Below, in pieces: positions 19,789 to 28,951 of a DNA stretch of 54,743 bases (its first letter is position 1; each line of letters starts with the position of its first letter). Below the pieces are notes generated by a model. The model saw only the letters and a program-made list of their open reading frames with translations, was not told the DNA's origin and did not search any database. The position numbers and the translations under genes were made by a program. This DNA is from a virus. Lineage: Duplodnaviria > Caudoviricetes. The DNA lies in the IMG/VR virus record IMGVR_UViG_3300022562_001216, positions 1 to 54,743 of that record. One strand, 5' to 3'.

Positions 19789-20009
19789 TCTGTACCTCCG
19801 ATATGGGTGTTGCCCAGAAATGCCGTCACGGGGGCGCCTTTCACCTCATACACCTCTTCCCACAATTCAGAAATCTCCTGTAGAGAATCTGTGGTCCAAG
19901 CCTGGCGAGTGCTTAGACTTAGCAGAAGGGTGCCGTCTTGGTCCCGGATGTTGAGGGGTTCGTGGGCGTTGGACGTAAGCAATTCTGGATCATTTAAAAA
20001 TTTAATCAT
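19785..20009 (-). CDS. Hypothetical protein
   Basis: AGGGG SD; divergent from the lysis operon. Confidence 0.6.
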   Translation of the reverse strand: MIKFLNDPELLTSNAHEPLNIRDQDGTLLLSLSTRQAWTTDSLQEISELWEEVYEVKGAPVTAFLGNTHIGGTE

Positions 20010-20081
20010 GTGTTCCCCTGAGTTGTATATCTTATTGTAGTCTGCTTGTATATCAAAAAATGCTCCACAGCCCCCAATTTA

Positions 20082-20140
20082 TAAGGGGGTATGGGGGGGT
20101 ACTGTTTTACATTGGTAAGATTTTTTCGATTAACTACGCT
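20082..20140 (+). promoter_or_regulatory. Candidate late promoter 1
   Basis: Shares a ~45-bp motif with 32107-32151; -10-like TACGCT at 20135. Confidence 0.6.
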
Positions 20141-20148
20141 TGTGTGTC

Positions 20149-20577
20149 ATGGAAGCGAAAAACTTTACCAAGCGTGCGGAAGGCTATCGAGACACTGTGT
20201 ACCAGTGCTCTGCGGGCAAGTTGACCGTGGGCTATGGCCACAACCTCGAAGATCGCCCGTTACCCCAGCACATTATAGAAGCCATTTTCGAGTGGGATTA
20301 CGAGCAAGCCGAAAAAGACGCTCGCCGTTTTTTGGGTCCAGCCTGGCTCACGTTGTCGGACGTGCGCCGCGGGGTGGTCACGGATATGGCCTTCAACATG
20401 GGCCTGACCACGCTTTCTGAGTTTCGCAAAACCCGCAAATACATTGCCGAAGGCCGTTTCAAAGAGGCGGCGGCGGAAATGTTAAACAGCAAATGGGCGC
20501 GGCAAGTGGGTGATCGAGCCCAGCGCCTGGCTCTGGTTATGGAGCATGACGACTGGAGTAAGCAAGTAAGGACGTAA
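20149..20577 (+). CDS. Endolysin, T4-lysozyme-like muramidase
   Basis: EGYRDTVYQCSAGKLTVGYGHNL, DMAFNMG, AAAEMLNSKWARQVGDRAQRL. Confidence 0.92.
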   Translation: MEAKNFTKRAEGYRDTVYQCSAGKLTVGYGHNLEDRPLPQHIIEAIFEWDYEQAEKDARRFLGPAWLTLSDVRRGVVTDMAFNMGLTTLSEFRKTRKYIAEGRFKEAAAEMLNSKWARQVGDRAQRLALVMEHDDWSKQVRT

Positions 20578-20612
20578 ACAACCAAGATGCGACTAGCAGT
20601 GGAGTAAGTGGC

Positions 20613-21041
20613 ATGAATCCTTGGCGAATCATTACAGAATTGTTCGAGCCTGCGGCCAAGCTGATCGATGACGTGCATACCAGCACTGAAGAGAAGCTTG
20701 AGATCAAGGCCAAAATGGCGGATATGCAAAATAAACTGGTGGTCCAGCTTATGGAGTATGAAAGCAAGCTGCAAGCGGCTCAGCGCGACGTGATTGTCGC
20801 AGAGGCGCAAGGTCGGTCCTGGGCACAGCGCAACTGGCGACCCATCACCATGCTGACGTTTTTGGCGTTGGTGTGCCTGGATACCATGGGTTGGACCACG
20901 TTTAGGCTCAGTGAGGAGGCCTGGCGCTTGTTGGAGATCGGTTTAGGCGGCTATGTGGTGGGGCGCAGTGTTGAAAAAGTGGTCCCGCACATTGCCAAAC
21001 GTAAAGAACAGCACCACCACCATAACCAAGGTCAGGGATGA
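20613..21041 (+). CDS. Holin (3TM/GTA-type holin family)
   Basis: IDDVHTSTEEK, AEAQGRSWAQRNWRP, LGGYVVGRSVEK; follows the lysozyme. Confidence 0.85.
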   Translation: MNPWRIITELFEPAAKLIDDVHTSTEEKLEIKAKMADMQNKLVVQLMEYESKLQAAQRDVIVAEAQGRSWAQRNWRPITMLTFLALVCLDTMGWTTFRLSEEAWRLLEIGLGGYVVGRSVEKVVPHIAKRKEQHHHHNQGQG

Positions 21042-21382
21042 CGACAGAAGACCGCAGGAGTTTGTATTCCAACATTGTCACCAACGTACTAACCACGTTG
21101 GTGGTGGGCGTGGTGGCCAGTTTTATGGCCACCCGTATCGCTATTTCTGTGTTGGAAACCAAGTTGGGGTATCTGGAAAACAATGTCAGCTCGTTTGAGC
21201 GGGATATGACGACCATGCGCACGGTGATGGATTCGCTGTTAACCACCAAAGTGGAGCTGCAACAAATGGACAAGCGGATGGAGCGCATTGAAAGCAGTTT
21301 AAGTGCTCGCTTCGAGGCCGAGCGGGATCTGAATGACAAGATCCGGCGCTTGGAAATCGTGGTGAGCAATCGTGGAAGCTGA
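21038..21382 (+). CDS. Membrane protein with coiled coil (lysis region)
   Basis: N-terminal hydrophobic helix followed by heptad pattern. Confidence 0.65.
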   Translation: MTTEDRRSLYSNIVTNVLTTLVVGVVASFMATRIAISVLETKLGYLENNVSSFERDMTTMRTVMDSLLTTKVELQQMDKRMERIESSLSARFEAERDLNDKIRRLEIVVSNRGS

Positions 21383-21740
21383 GCTGGTTGTAAAAACAAA
21401 AGTAACCGCCGTGCTGGCGTTGATGGAGGGGGAAGTCGTGCTGGAATTGCCGATTGAAAACACCACACCCATTTCTGTTTTGCTGACGGATGACGCGGGT
21501 GATCCCATTACCACGGGGACGGTGGATGTGTCGCTGACGGATTTGCGCGATACCGCGGTCACGGGTCAAACCTGGCCCCATACGCTGGTGCATTCGGGCA
21601 GTGGGGAATGGGCCGGAACCTTGTCTAAGGCCTTGAATTTGAAAGATCGGCGCAGTTATCGCCTCAAGTTGCATGTGGTGAGTGGGTCCATCGATGAGAC
21701 CATCACCTACGACGCTCGCGCCAAAATCCGCACCTATTAA
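21372..21740 (+). CDS. Beta-rich (Ig-like) hypothetical protein
   Basis: Coupled within the operon; beta-strand pattern. Confidence 0.6.
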   Translation: MEAELVVKTKVTAVLALMEGEVVLELPIENTTPISVLLTDDAGDPITTGTVDVSLTDLRDTAVTGQTWPHTLVHSGSGEWAGTLSKALNLKDRRSYRLKLHVVSGSIDETITYDARAKIRTY

Positions 21741-21742
21741 GC

Positions 21743-22216
21743 ATGAGTTCGATTAAAGACGAATTTGGTCTCAAGCCCAAGCACCATGCGTTTGTGCTGG
21801 AATACGTGCAGAACGGCTTGGATGAGATGTTGGCCTACAAGAAAGTGTATGGCTGCAATGAGCGCACCGCTCGCAATGGCGGGGCTAGGCTGTTGGCCAG
21901 CCGTGCGGTTAAGCGCTATCTGAAGAAATATTTTGAAGAGCGTGAGGCCGAGTCGGCGGTGACGGTATCCTGGATCGAAGCCAAGCTCAAGGAAATGGTA
22001 GAGCGCTGTATGCAGGCCGAGCCGGTGATGGTGTTCAATCCAGAGACTAAGGAAATGGTCGAGTCTGGTATTTGGCGCTTTGATTCCGGGGGCGCCAACA
22101 AAGCCCTGGAATTGCTCGGCAAATACCACCGCATGTTTGTCGAAAGGCAGCAAGTGCAACACAGCGGGCGGGTCAGTTACACCCAAATATTCGATCATTC
22201 ATCAGAGGCGGATTGA
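21743..22216 (+). CDS. terS: Terminase small subunit
   Basis: LKPKHHAFVLEY, ARNGGARLL, GANKALELLGKYHRMF; directly before terL. Confidence 0.9.
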   Translation: MSSIKDEFGLKPKHHAFVLEYVQNGLDEMLAYKKVYGCNERTARNGGARLLASRAVKRYLKKYFEEREAESAVTVSWIEAKLKEMVERCMQAEPVMVFNPETKEMVESGIWRFDSGGANKALELLGKYHRMFVERQQVQHSGRVSYTQIFDHSSEAD

Positions 22217-22218
22217 TC

Positions 22219-23691
22219 ATGGGGGCGATGATCCAAGAGCCCGAACTGATTGATTACGTCTATCGCGCCACGCCCACGGGCACCCGCTTTCACCTAGACC
22301 TTAGCTTTTTTCGGGGCATCATGGGGCCAATTGGTTCCGGCAAGTCCGTTTGTTGTGTCGAAGAGTTAAAACGCAATGCTTTGTGGGTGCAAAAGCCCGG
22401 TCCCGATGGCGTGCGTCGTACCCGCTGGGCCATTGTGCGCAACACCTACCCGGAACTGAAAGCCACCACCATCAAGACGTTTTTGCAGTGGTGGGATGAT
22501 CAGCACGTCAACATCGTCTATGGGGCGCCTATTACCGCCACGGTCGAGGTGGAGCTGGAGGATGACACCCGCGTCCACGCTGAGTTTTTGTTCCTGGCCC
22601 TGGATAAACCCAAGGACGTTAAAAAGCTTTTGAGTTTGGAGCTAACGGGCATCTGGTTCAATGAAGCCCGCGAGATACCGAAGACGGTGATTGATGCGGG
22701 CATGGGTCGGGTGGGCCGTTACCCCTCGCTCAAAGACGGTGTGGGGCCAACCAGAGCCTTCGGTATCGCAGACACGAACCCACCGGATGACGACCACTGG
22801 TGGTACAAACTGGCGGAAGAGGACACGCCGGACAACTGGGCTTTTTTCCGGCAGCCGGCGGCGCTGCTCAAAGACGACAACGGCGCCTATCACCCAAATC
22901 CGAAAGCGGAAAACATCGTCAACCTGGCCGATGGCTACGATTACTACCTGCGGCAAGTCTCCGGCAAAGATCCGGAGTGGATCAAGGTTTATTTGCTCGG
23001 TGATTACGGCACCGTGCAGGAAGGCAAGCCGGTTTACCCCACCTTTCGCAGTCAAAGCCATGTGGCCAAGCACATTATTCGGCCTGTACCGGGGCTGGGC
23101 TTGTTGCTGGGCTGGGATTTTGGCCTGACACCGGCCTGCATCATCGGCCAGCTCACCAAGCGCGGCCAATTACGCTTATTGGACGAGTTGTTGGGCGAGG
23201 ATATTGGCATCACCCGCTTTGCGCGGGACGTGGTGAAGCCACACCTGGCGAAAGAATACGCCGGTTTTATCGTCACCAGCTCCACCGCTGACCCTGCCGG
23301 GGGTGCCCGTGCGGAGACGGACGAGCAGACCGCCATCGGCATTTTGAACAGCACCAAGGTCAACATGGGGTTTCGTACCCGGCCAGCCAGCACCAACAAC
23401 CCGCTGCGCCGCATTGAGGCGGTGTCGGGTTATCTCAATCTGATGGTGGACGGCGAGCCCGGTTTGCTGGTGTCGCCCAAGTGCCGGTTGTTGATCAAGG
23501 GCTTTAACGGCGGTTACAAGTACGAGCGAGTCCAGGTCACGGGTGATGAGCGCTACCGGGACACGCCCTGCAAAAACAAGTTTTCCCACCCGCACGATGC
23601 GGTGCAGTACCTGACGCTGGGGGCCACCAGTGGCGGCATCGTTACCGATTACCCAAACACTGGCGCGGATCAGCGCCCCTTTTACGGTTAG
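22219..23691 (+). CDS. terL: Terminase large subunit
   Basis: Walker A GPIGSGKS, IWFNEARE, DTNPPDDDHWWY; nuclease motifs GWDFG and HPHDAVQY. Confidence 0.95.
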   Translation: MGAMIQEPELIDYVYRATPTGTRFHLDLSFFRGIMGPIGSGKSVCCVEELKRNALWVQKPGPDGVRRTRWAIVRNTYPELKATTIKTFLQWWDDQHVNIVYGAPITATVEVELEDDTRVHAEFLFLALDKPKDVKKLLSLELTGIWFNEAREIPKTVIDAGMGRVGRYPSLKDGVGPTRAFGIADTNPPDDDHWWYKLAEEDTPDNWAFFRQPAALLKDDNGAYHPNPKAENIVNLADGYDYYLRQVSGKDPEWIKVYLLGDYGTVQEGKPVYPTFRSQSHVAKHIIRPVPGLGLLLGWDFGLTPACIIGQLTKRGQLRLLDELLGEDIGITRFARDVVKPHLAKEYAGFIVTSSTADPAGGARAETDEQTAIGILNSTKVNMGFRTRPASTNNPLRRIEAVSGYLNLMVDGEPGLLVSPKCRLLIKGFNGGYKYERVQVTGDERYRDTPCKNKFSHPHDAVQYLTLGATSGGIVTDYPNTGADQRPFYG

Positions 23692-23700
23692 AGGTTGGCT

Positions 23701-25725
23701 ATGTACCAGATCACCCCGGAGTTCAAGGAAGGCTACGAAAATGAGGAAGGTCAAGGCCGTCAGACTGAAGCCATGCAGCAAGCGTTGTATGTGACGGGTC
23801 AGCGCATCCGGGCCATGTTTGACGATGCCAAGCGCGACCGGCGGGCCACAGAACAGCGGTGGCTGGAGGATCTGCGGCAATTCAAAGGCCTGTATTCGCC
23901 GGAAATGCGCAAGCTGATCCCGAAAAACCGCTCTAAAGCCTTTGTGCGCATCACCCGGCGCAAAGTGAAGATCTTTGATGCGAGGATGAAAGAGCTTTTG
24001 TTCCCCTCCAATGCAGAGCGCAACTGGGACATTGAGCCGACCCCCAAGCAAACCGAACAAATCTTGCAGACGCCGTTGGGGATGGCGCGGATGCAGGCGT
24101 TGCAGGAGCAAACACAGGGGCAGATCACGCCGCAAATGCTGGAAGAGTTGCAGGATGAGGTGGCCAAAGAAGCCTGCGAGGGGATGCGCACAGAGATTGA
24201 TGACCAGCTTTCAGAGGGCAATTACCGGCAAATCTGCTCAACGGTGATTCATTCGGGTAACTTGTTTGGGACCGGGGTGCTCAAATCCCCCATGGTGAAA
24301 AACAAGGTTGAGCGCACCTGGCAACTGGACCCGCAATCGCAACAGTGGCGGTTAGTGCGCACAGAGCGGCGAGTGCCGTTTTTTGAGGCGGTGGAGTTGT
24401 GGTGCTATTTCCCGGATATGCAAGCGGTCAACATTGAAGACTGCCAGTACCATTTTCAATTGCGGGTGTTGAATCCGCAGCAACTCAAAGACTTGGCGCG
24501 GATACCGGGCTTTAACAAGCAGGTGTTGATGGACTATGCGCGGCAAATGCCGGACGGTGACGCGCAACTGATGGAGCACAGAACCGAGCTGGATGCGTTG
24601 AATTCCGATCAGGACACCCGCAGAAAGCAGCCATTGCGCTTGTATGACGTGATTGAAGGCTGGGTGATGATGACGGAAGAGGACTACATCCAGATGGGTT
24701 TTGAGCCCGAAAACGTGCCAGAGGGCGTCACCTGGGCCAATGTGTGGATGCTGGGGCCATACGTGATCAAGGCAGAAGCCGAACCGCTGGAGGGCATCGA
24801 TCACCCGTTTAACCTGTATTACTTCGACAAAGACGAAACCTCCATATTCGGTGAAGGCCTGGCGGCGATCATGCGTGACGAGCAGCGCCAGCTCAACAGT
24901 ATCCGGCGGGCGGCGTTGGACAATGCCGCCAGCTCTGTGGGCAATGTCTACGATGTGAACGTGGATCTGTTGCTGCCGACAGAGAACAGCAAAGACATTT
25001 ATCCGGGTCGGGTGTTCCTGCGCGGGGGCAATGCCCATGATCCTGCCGTGCGCATTGTCAGCACGCCCAACCACGTCAATCAATACCTGGCCTTGGCCAG
25101 CTATGTGGAAGAGGGTATTCACGAAAACACGGTCCCCTCTTACATGCACGGGGGCAGTGACAACGGTTCCGGTTCCACCGCGACGGGCTTGTCCATGCTG
25201 ATGGGTGCGGCCAACCTGGACATCAAGGATCAGGTACGGTTTTTTGATGACGGCATTACCCTGCCCGCACTCAAGGGTATTTATCACTGGAATATGATTT
25301 TTAGCGAAAAAGAGGAAATCAAGGGCGATTACAACGTCAAGCCTCGCGGTTCCTCTTCCCTGGTGGCCAAAGAAATCCGGGTGGCGCAACTGGATCAGGC
25401 CATGGGTATGTTCAGTAATGAGCTGTTTGCGCCGTTTATTGATTACCGAAAACTGGCCGAGCAGGCGTTGATTGCCCGCGATCTGGGCGACACGGGCATT
25501 GTGATGTCGGAGGAAGATTATCAGGCCAACATGGCCGACAAGGCCAAAATACAGGCGCTGGAGCAACAATTGGCGCAAAAGGATGCCATGATGCAGTTGA
25601 TGCGTTCGGTGGATGCCGATGGGTATAAGGCGCTGGAGGTACGATTGAAAGAAATGATCGAAGAAAAGAGCGGGCGCATGGCCAAGCAAGCGGTTGATCA
25701 GGAGGTGGAGAATGGACAGCTCTAA
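23701..25725 (+). CDS. Portal protein (Bcep22-type podovirus)
   Basis: WLEDLRQFKG, RSKAFVRITRRKV, LFGTGVLKSP, STATGLSMLMGAA; follows terL. Confidence 0.9.
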   Translation: MYQITPEFKEGYENEEGQGRQTEAMQQALYVTGQRIRAMFDDAKRDRRATEQRWLEDLRQFKGLYSPEMRKLIPKNRSKAFVRITRRKVKIFDARMKELLFPSNAERNWDIEPTPKQTEQILQTPLGMARMQALQEQTQGQITPQMLEELQDEVAKEACEGMRTEIDDQLSEGNYRQICSTVIHSGNLFGTGVLKSPMVKNKVERTWQLDPQSQQWRLVRTERRVPFFEAVELWCYFPDMQAVNIEDCQYHFQLRVLNPQQLKDLARIPGFNKQVLMDYARQMPDGDAQLMEHRTELDALNSDQDTRRKQPLRLYDVIEGWVMMTEEDYIQMGFEPENVPEGVTWANVWMLGPYVIKAEAEPLEGIDHPFNLYYFDKDETSIFGEGLAAIMRDEQRQLNSIRRAALDNAASSVGNVYDVNVDLLLPTENSKDIYPGRVFLRGGNAHDPAVRIVSTPNHVNQYLALASYVEEGIHENTVPSYMHGGSDNGSGSTATGLSMLMGAANLDIKDQVRFFDDGITLPALKGIYHWNMIFSEKEEIKGDYNVKPRGSSSLVAKEIRVAQLDQAMGMFSNELFAPFIDYRKLAEQALIARDLGDTGIVMSEEDYQANMADKAKIQALEQQLAQKDAMMQLMRSVDADGYKALEVRLKEMIEEKSGRMAKQAVDQEVENGQL

Positions 25726-25978
25726 CCGGGCAATCGATCCTGAGTTGCTGGCGCGGATTGTGGAGCGGGTGGCGGCGCAGGACTACGCCACCATGGATAT
25801 GCTGCGGGCGCTGGAGCAACAGGTGGCGTTTTTGAAAGATATGATGGTCAATCACGATGATGCCGCGGCCTTGCGCTATCGCTCCCAAGCCATCGGCCTG
25901 TTGGAGTTCATTAAAACCGTGCAGGTGGCGCCAGTGCTGGAGGACGATGATCGACTGGTCAATTCCTACCTGGCATAA
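25712..25978 (+). CDS. Small post-portal protein
   Basis: GGAGGTGGAG SD; overlaps the portal stop. Confidence 0.7.
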   Translation: MDSSNRAIDPELLARIVERVAAQDYATMDMLRALEQQVAFLKDMMVNHDDAAALRYRSQAIGLLEFIKTVQVAPVLEDDDRLVNSYLA

Positions 25979-26004
25979 AAAAACCCCGCTTGCGCGGGGC
26001 TTTT
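25977..26004. terminator. Bidirectional intrinsic terminator
   Basis: A7-CCCCGC-TTGC-GCGGGG-CTTTT. Confidence 0.85.
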
Positions 26005-26226
26005 CGTTTACCTAACCCCAGTAACTGGGGAAACCTTAACGATGACCTAATTACTTTCCTAAGCTTTCAGTCATTTTTTGAACCATCCCCAAGAATTGGG
26101 GAACACTTCTGGCCGGAAGTTGCACCGCTCGAACCGCCTAATGGCGGGTAACTCATAACCCCTCATGGGGATTCGTAACTTTGTTTTCTAAGCCGTCTAT
26201 TCGACGGGTAACAGTTGAACGGTGCC
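25977..26226 (-). ncRNA. Candidate structured ncRNA (~250 nt) with repeated NUUAN motifs
   Basis: Sigma70-like TTGACT-17-CATCAT at 26260-26232; at least six hairpins plus a long-range stem; ends in a U7 terminator; no ORF of 60 aa or more. Confidence 0.6.
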
Positions 26227-26266
26227 GGAGTATGATGCAAAAAACCGCATTGTGAGTCAAGCGTGT

Positions 26267-26512
26267 TCATTCCGTCATTTCAAACATGGCTTTGGTCGCT
26301 TTGCGGGTAAATTGTTTGTCTGTGTAGATGATCGAACACATGCCCCGGATCAAGCGCGAGCGGGTAATGCGTTTTTCCGGGTGCTTCTGGCGCAGTTCAT
26401 TGATGACCAAATCCAATTGATCTTCTTGAAAAGTCGTCAGTCGGATGGTGGTGGGATTGACCGTTTCGCTGCGGTTCTCGTTCGACAGTGTAATGGATCT
26501 TGGTTTACGCAT
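26267..26512 (-). CDS. Small RHH-like centromere-binding partner of ParA (type Ib, ParG-like)
   Basis: Overlaps the parA stop; TTIRLT strand, helix, then ITRSRLIRGM helix. Confidence 0.7.
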   Translation of the reverse strand: MRKPRSITLSNENRSETVNPTTIRLTTFQEDQLDLVINELRQKHPEKRITRSRLIRGMCSIIYTDKQFTRKATKAMFEMTE

Positions 26513-27317
26513 GGTTGACTCCCAATAATTCTTGTGTGAGTGCCCAATAATCGGTTTTGGCTTTGCTTTTGGTGTGCCGAATCACCGGGCGGCGTTCTTT
26601 GCTGGCCTTGCGATACAGCTCACTGGTGCGAATTTCGGTACTGGCCACGGGGTAGTCGTAGCTTTTGATGAGGGCGTCAACAGCATGGTACATGGTTTTG
26701 TGAGCACGGTTGACTTTGGTTTTGACCAGCATGAACGGCACCTCTTCGCCGCGCCGCACCTCCCACACCACTTGCAAAAAGTCCTCGATGCCTTTAACGG
26801 CTCGTACGCACATATCAATTGGAATGATCACTTGATCAGCGACGTAGAGCGCGGTTTCTACGGTCAGATCGATGGCTGGGGGCAAGTCGATCAAGATGAA
26901 CTCAAAGCCCGGTTTTAGTCCCTTGAGGGCATCGGCCAGGATTAAATCCCGGTGCCGAAAGCGCATGGCATTGCGGGCCATGGATGACAGCGCCAGATCC
27001 GCGGGCATGATGGACAGGTTCTCAATCGGTTGGTCGCCGTCCAGGGCCGAGTAAATCAGGCTGTTAATGTCGGTTTTGGGATTCTCAAACAGATCCGTTG
27101 TAGTGCGTTCTTGATTGAAATCCTGAATCTCCCCCTGTTCGTTGACGGCCAAGCCACCGCGGCCTAAGTCGTTGGAAAGATTGCATTGGTGGTCAAACTC
27201 AATCATCAAAGTGTTGTGACCCATTTGCGCCAAACAGCAGCCGATGCTCAGGCATGTGGTGGTCTTGCCGACGCCTCCTTTGCAATTTGCGAATACTAAA
27301 GTGTAGGGCTTAGGCAT
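26505..27317 (-). CDS. parA: ParA partition ATPase
   Basis: KGGVGKTT, EFDHQCNL, ILIDLPP; likely start MPKPY, so no N-terminal HTH (type Ib). Confidence 0.93.
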   Translation of the reverse strand: MPKPYTLVFANCKGGVGKTTTCLSIGCCLAQMGHNTLMIEFDHQCNLSNDLGRGGLAVNEQGEIQDFNQERTTTDLFENPKTDINSLIYSALDGDQPIENLSIMPADLALSSMARNAMRFRHRDLILADALKGLKPGFEFILIDLPPAIDLTVETALYVADQVIIPIDMCVRAVKGIEDFLQVVWEVRRGEEVPFMLVKTKVNRAHKTMYHAVDALIKSYDYPVASTEIRTSELYRKASKERRPVIRHTKSKAKTDYWALTQELLGVNHA

Positions 27318-27362
27318 ACAAACGTAGTCCCTATGTATGTGAATGTGACTACAAATGTATAT
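27314..27362. promoter_or_regulatory. Hexamer array over the parA start/promoter (parS/operator candidate)
   Basis: GCATAC 27314, GTAGTC 27324, GTATGT 27335, GACTAC 27347, GTATAT 27357. Confidence 0.6.
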
Positions 27363-27363
27363 C

Positions 27364-27399
27364 AAAAAAAGAAGGGAAGCGAGCCCCATTGCGGGGCTC
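27364..27399 (-). terminator. Hairpin/terminator after mazF
   Basis: GAGCCCC-GCAAT-GGGGCTC followed by a pyrimidine/U tract on the minus strand. Confidence 0.55.
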
Positions 27400-27404
27400 A
27401 CGGT

Positions 27405-27734
27405 TTACAGGCAGAATAGGTCGAGCAGGACACCGCTAATCTGCGGGTGGTGTTTTGCATCTAGCATTCCGAACGGACGGAGCAGTCTGGTTTGGTCGAG
27501 GGTGCGCAGTTGATCAAGGGCCACTTCACCGACTTGGCCTTTGTGATCTACCACCACTCGGCTAGACCAGTTTCGTAGTGTGCGAGTCATCGGGGCAACG
27601 ATAACTGTACGCACGCGGCGGTTGAGCACGTCTGGTGATAGCACTACCACCGGACGCTGCCCGGCCACTTCCGCCCCCTGGGTGGGGCTCAATTGCACCC
27701 ACCACACTGAAAAACGATGTATTACCACGTCCAT
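27405..27734 (-). CDS. mazF: PemK/MazF endoribonuclease toxin
   Basis: VWWVQLSPTQGAEVAGQRPVVVLS, IVAPMT, LDQLRTLDQTRL. Confidence 0.93.
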   Translation of the reverse strand: MDVVIHRFSVWWVQLSPTQGAEVAGQRPVVVLSPDVLNRRVRTVIVAPMTRTLRNWSSRVVVDHKGQVGEVALDQLRTLDQTRLLRPFGMLDAKHHPQISGVLLDLFCL

Positions 27735-27958
27735 TCCTCCTCATCCCACTGAGTGGGTTCGTCGTCTAACAGCATTTCATGGTCATCCAAGCCACCGGCA
27801 AACGCTTCGGGTTTGTCCCAGTCGTGCCGGGGGTGTCTGACCACGCGCTTGATTTCCACTTCAATCTCATCACCGCTGTGGGCGTCAAGTTCGGCCAAGA
27901 TTGCAGCGGGGTAGACATTGCCTACGCTGTTGCCGATTTTGCGCAGTTTTACGATCAT
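27722..27958 (-). CDS. mazE: AbrB/MazE antitoxin
   Basis: KLRKIGNSVG...; acidic C-terminus WDEEEWTW; overlaps the toxin start. Confidence 0.9.
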   Translation of the reverse strand: MIVKLRKIGNSVGNVYPAAILAELDAHSGDEIEVEIKRVVRHPRHDWDKPEAFAGGLDDHEMLLDDEPTQWDEEEWTW

Positions 27959-28088
27959 CGTTGTTCTCCTATCAGGTTTTGAATTAATGGGCTGTTGTCA
28001 GCGGCGATATACACCACGGGCAACATAAAAATAACCAATACAATCCAAAGATATTTAGCCATATTTCCCCTTTTTTGTTGCGTTGAAT

Positions 28089-28107
28089 GTAATAACAATG
28101 TTATTAC
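28089..28107. promoter_or_regulatory. TA operator palindrome
   Basis: GTAATAACA-A-TGTTATTAC perfect IR upstream of mazE. Confidence 0.65.
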
Positions 28108-28211
28108 TTTAATGCTTGTCAGTCAATCGATAGTTTGACATACTGATCGCATACAAACGTATTCTGTTTGTATTCGGAAATGAGTCTATCAGTCAGGTAT
28201 TAGGGGGTTAT

Positions 28212-28475
28212 ATGCAAATCGGTGAAATACACATTCTCACAGTAAAACAGCACTACAAGAACGTGCGCTTTGATGTTGATTTTAAAGCGCGTGAGCATTC
28301 AAACAGCATGACGCTGGAAGATCTGGTGGTTAAGCTGCGAGAGTACGACCGGCAGCGCGAGGCGATCAATGTCTGGTCAGCGGGTGAATTGATCGCGGTG
28401 AAAGCAAGCTGGATAGACAGTGAGGCTGTCAATGTCTGGTCAGAGGGTGAATTGATTGCCACAACGGAGTATTAG
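28212..28475 (+). CDS. Hypothetical protein with internal duplication
   Basis: AGGGGG SD; EA(I/V)NVWS(A/E)GELIA occurs twice. Confidence 0.55.
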   Translation: MQIGEIHILTVKQHYKNVRFDVDFKAREHSNSMTLEDLVVKLREYDRQREAINVWSAGELIAVKASWIDSEAVNVWSEGELIATTEY

Positions 28476-28667
28476 ATGATTGACCAAGACGACAACGTTT
28501 ACGCTTACGATATGACGCTGGAGCAAATCATGGAATGCCTGGACCGGGGTGATCTGGTCAACCTGGCCAACAAGTCGCAGGCGCTGGGCTTGCTCCACTA
28601 CATGCTCGACAACGACATTGACCCGATGGAGTACCGAGAGGAGGGATTGGCCATTTGGAAGGCTTAA
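28476..28667 (+). CDS. Hypothetical protein
   Basis: GGAG SD; abuts the upstream stop. Confidence 0.55.
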   Translation: MIDQDDNVYAYDMTLEQIMECLDRGDLVNLANKSQALGLLHYMLDNDIDPMEYREEGLAIWKA

Positions 28668-28915
28668 ACTACATCGCAGCGGCCAGCCTAGCCTTGAATA
28701 TCGGGCTAGGGCTGGCCTATCACTTCACGGTCAAGCTGTGGCAAATCCGGGCACGGGTCAACGAGGACGCCGCCAACGTGATCATGGCGGCGACTAAAAA
28801 GCACTGCACACCGGAACAGGTGGTGCTGATTCTTCAAGACGCCGGTAATGAGCTGGAAATACTCAAGGCCATCCGGGTGGCCGAATTCGATCATAAAAAA
28901 CGCGCTCAGGAGTAA
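28655..28915 (+). CDS. Hypothetical membrane protein
   Basis: N-terminal hydrophobic helix; TTG start. Confidence 0.5.
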   Translation: MEGLNYIAAASLALNIGLGLAYHFTVKLWQIRARVNEDAANVIMAATKKHCTPEQVVLILQDAGNELEILKAIRVAEFDHKKRAQE

Positions 28916-28951
28916 TCCCCTGGCGCGTTCCTGCCGATCCTGTGCATAGTT

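Noticed and set aside
25977-26226. ncRNA as a CsrA/RsmA sponge, tRNA or retron msr-msd
   Set aside because: Only about two GGA motifs, no cloverleaf or TTCGA T-loop arrangement, and no reverse transcriptase in the genome
26222-26518. 98-aa plus-strand ORF
   Set aside because: It is antisense to the RHH partition gene, has no SD and shows no protein-like motif
27318-27401. N-terminal extension of ParA given in the ORF track
   Set aside because: It runs through the mazF terminator hairpin and the hexamer operator array; the ATG at 27317 gives a normal type Ib ParA
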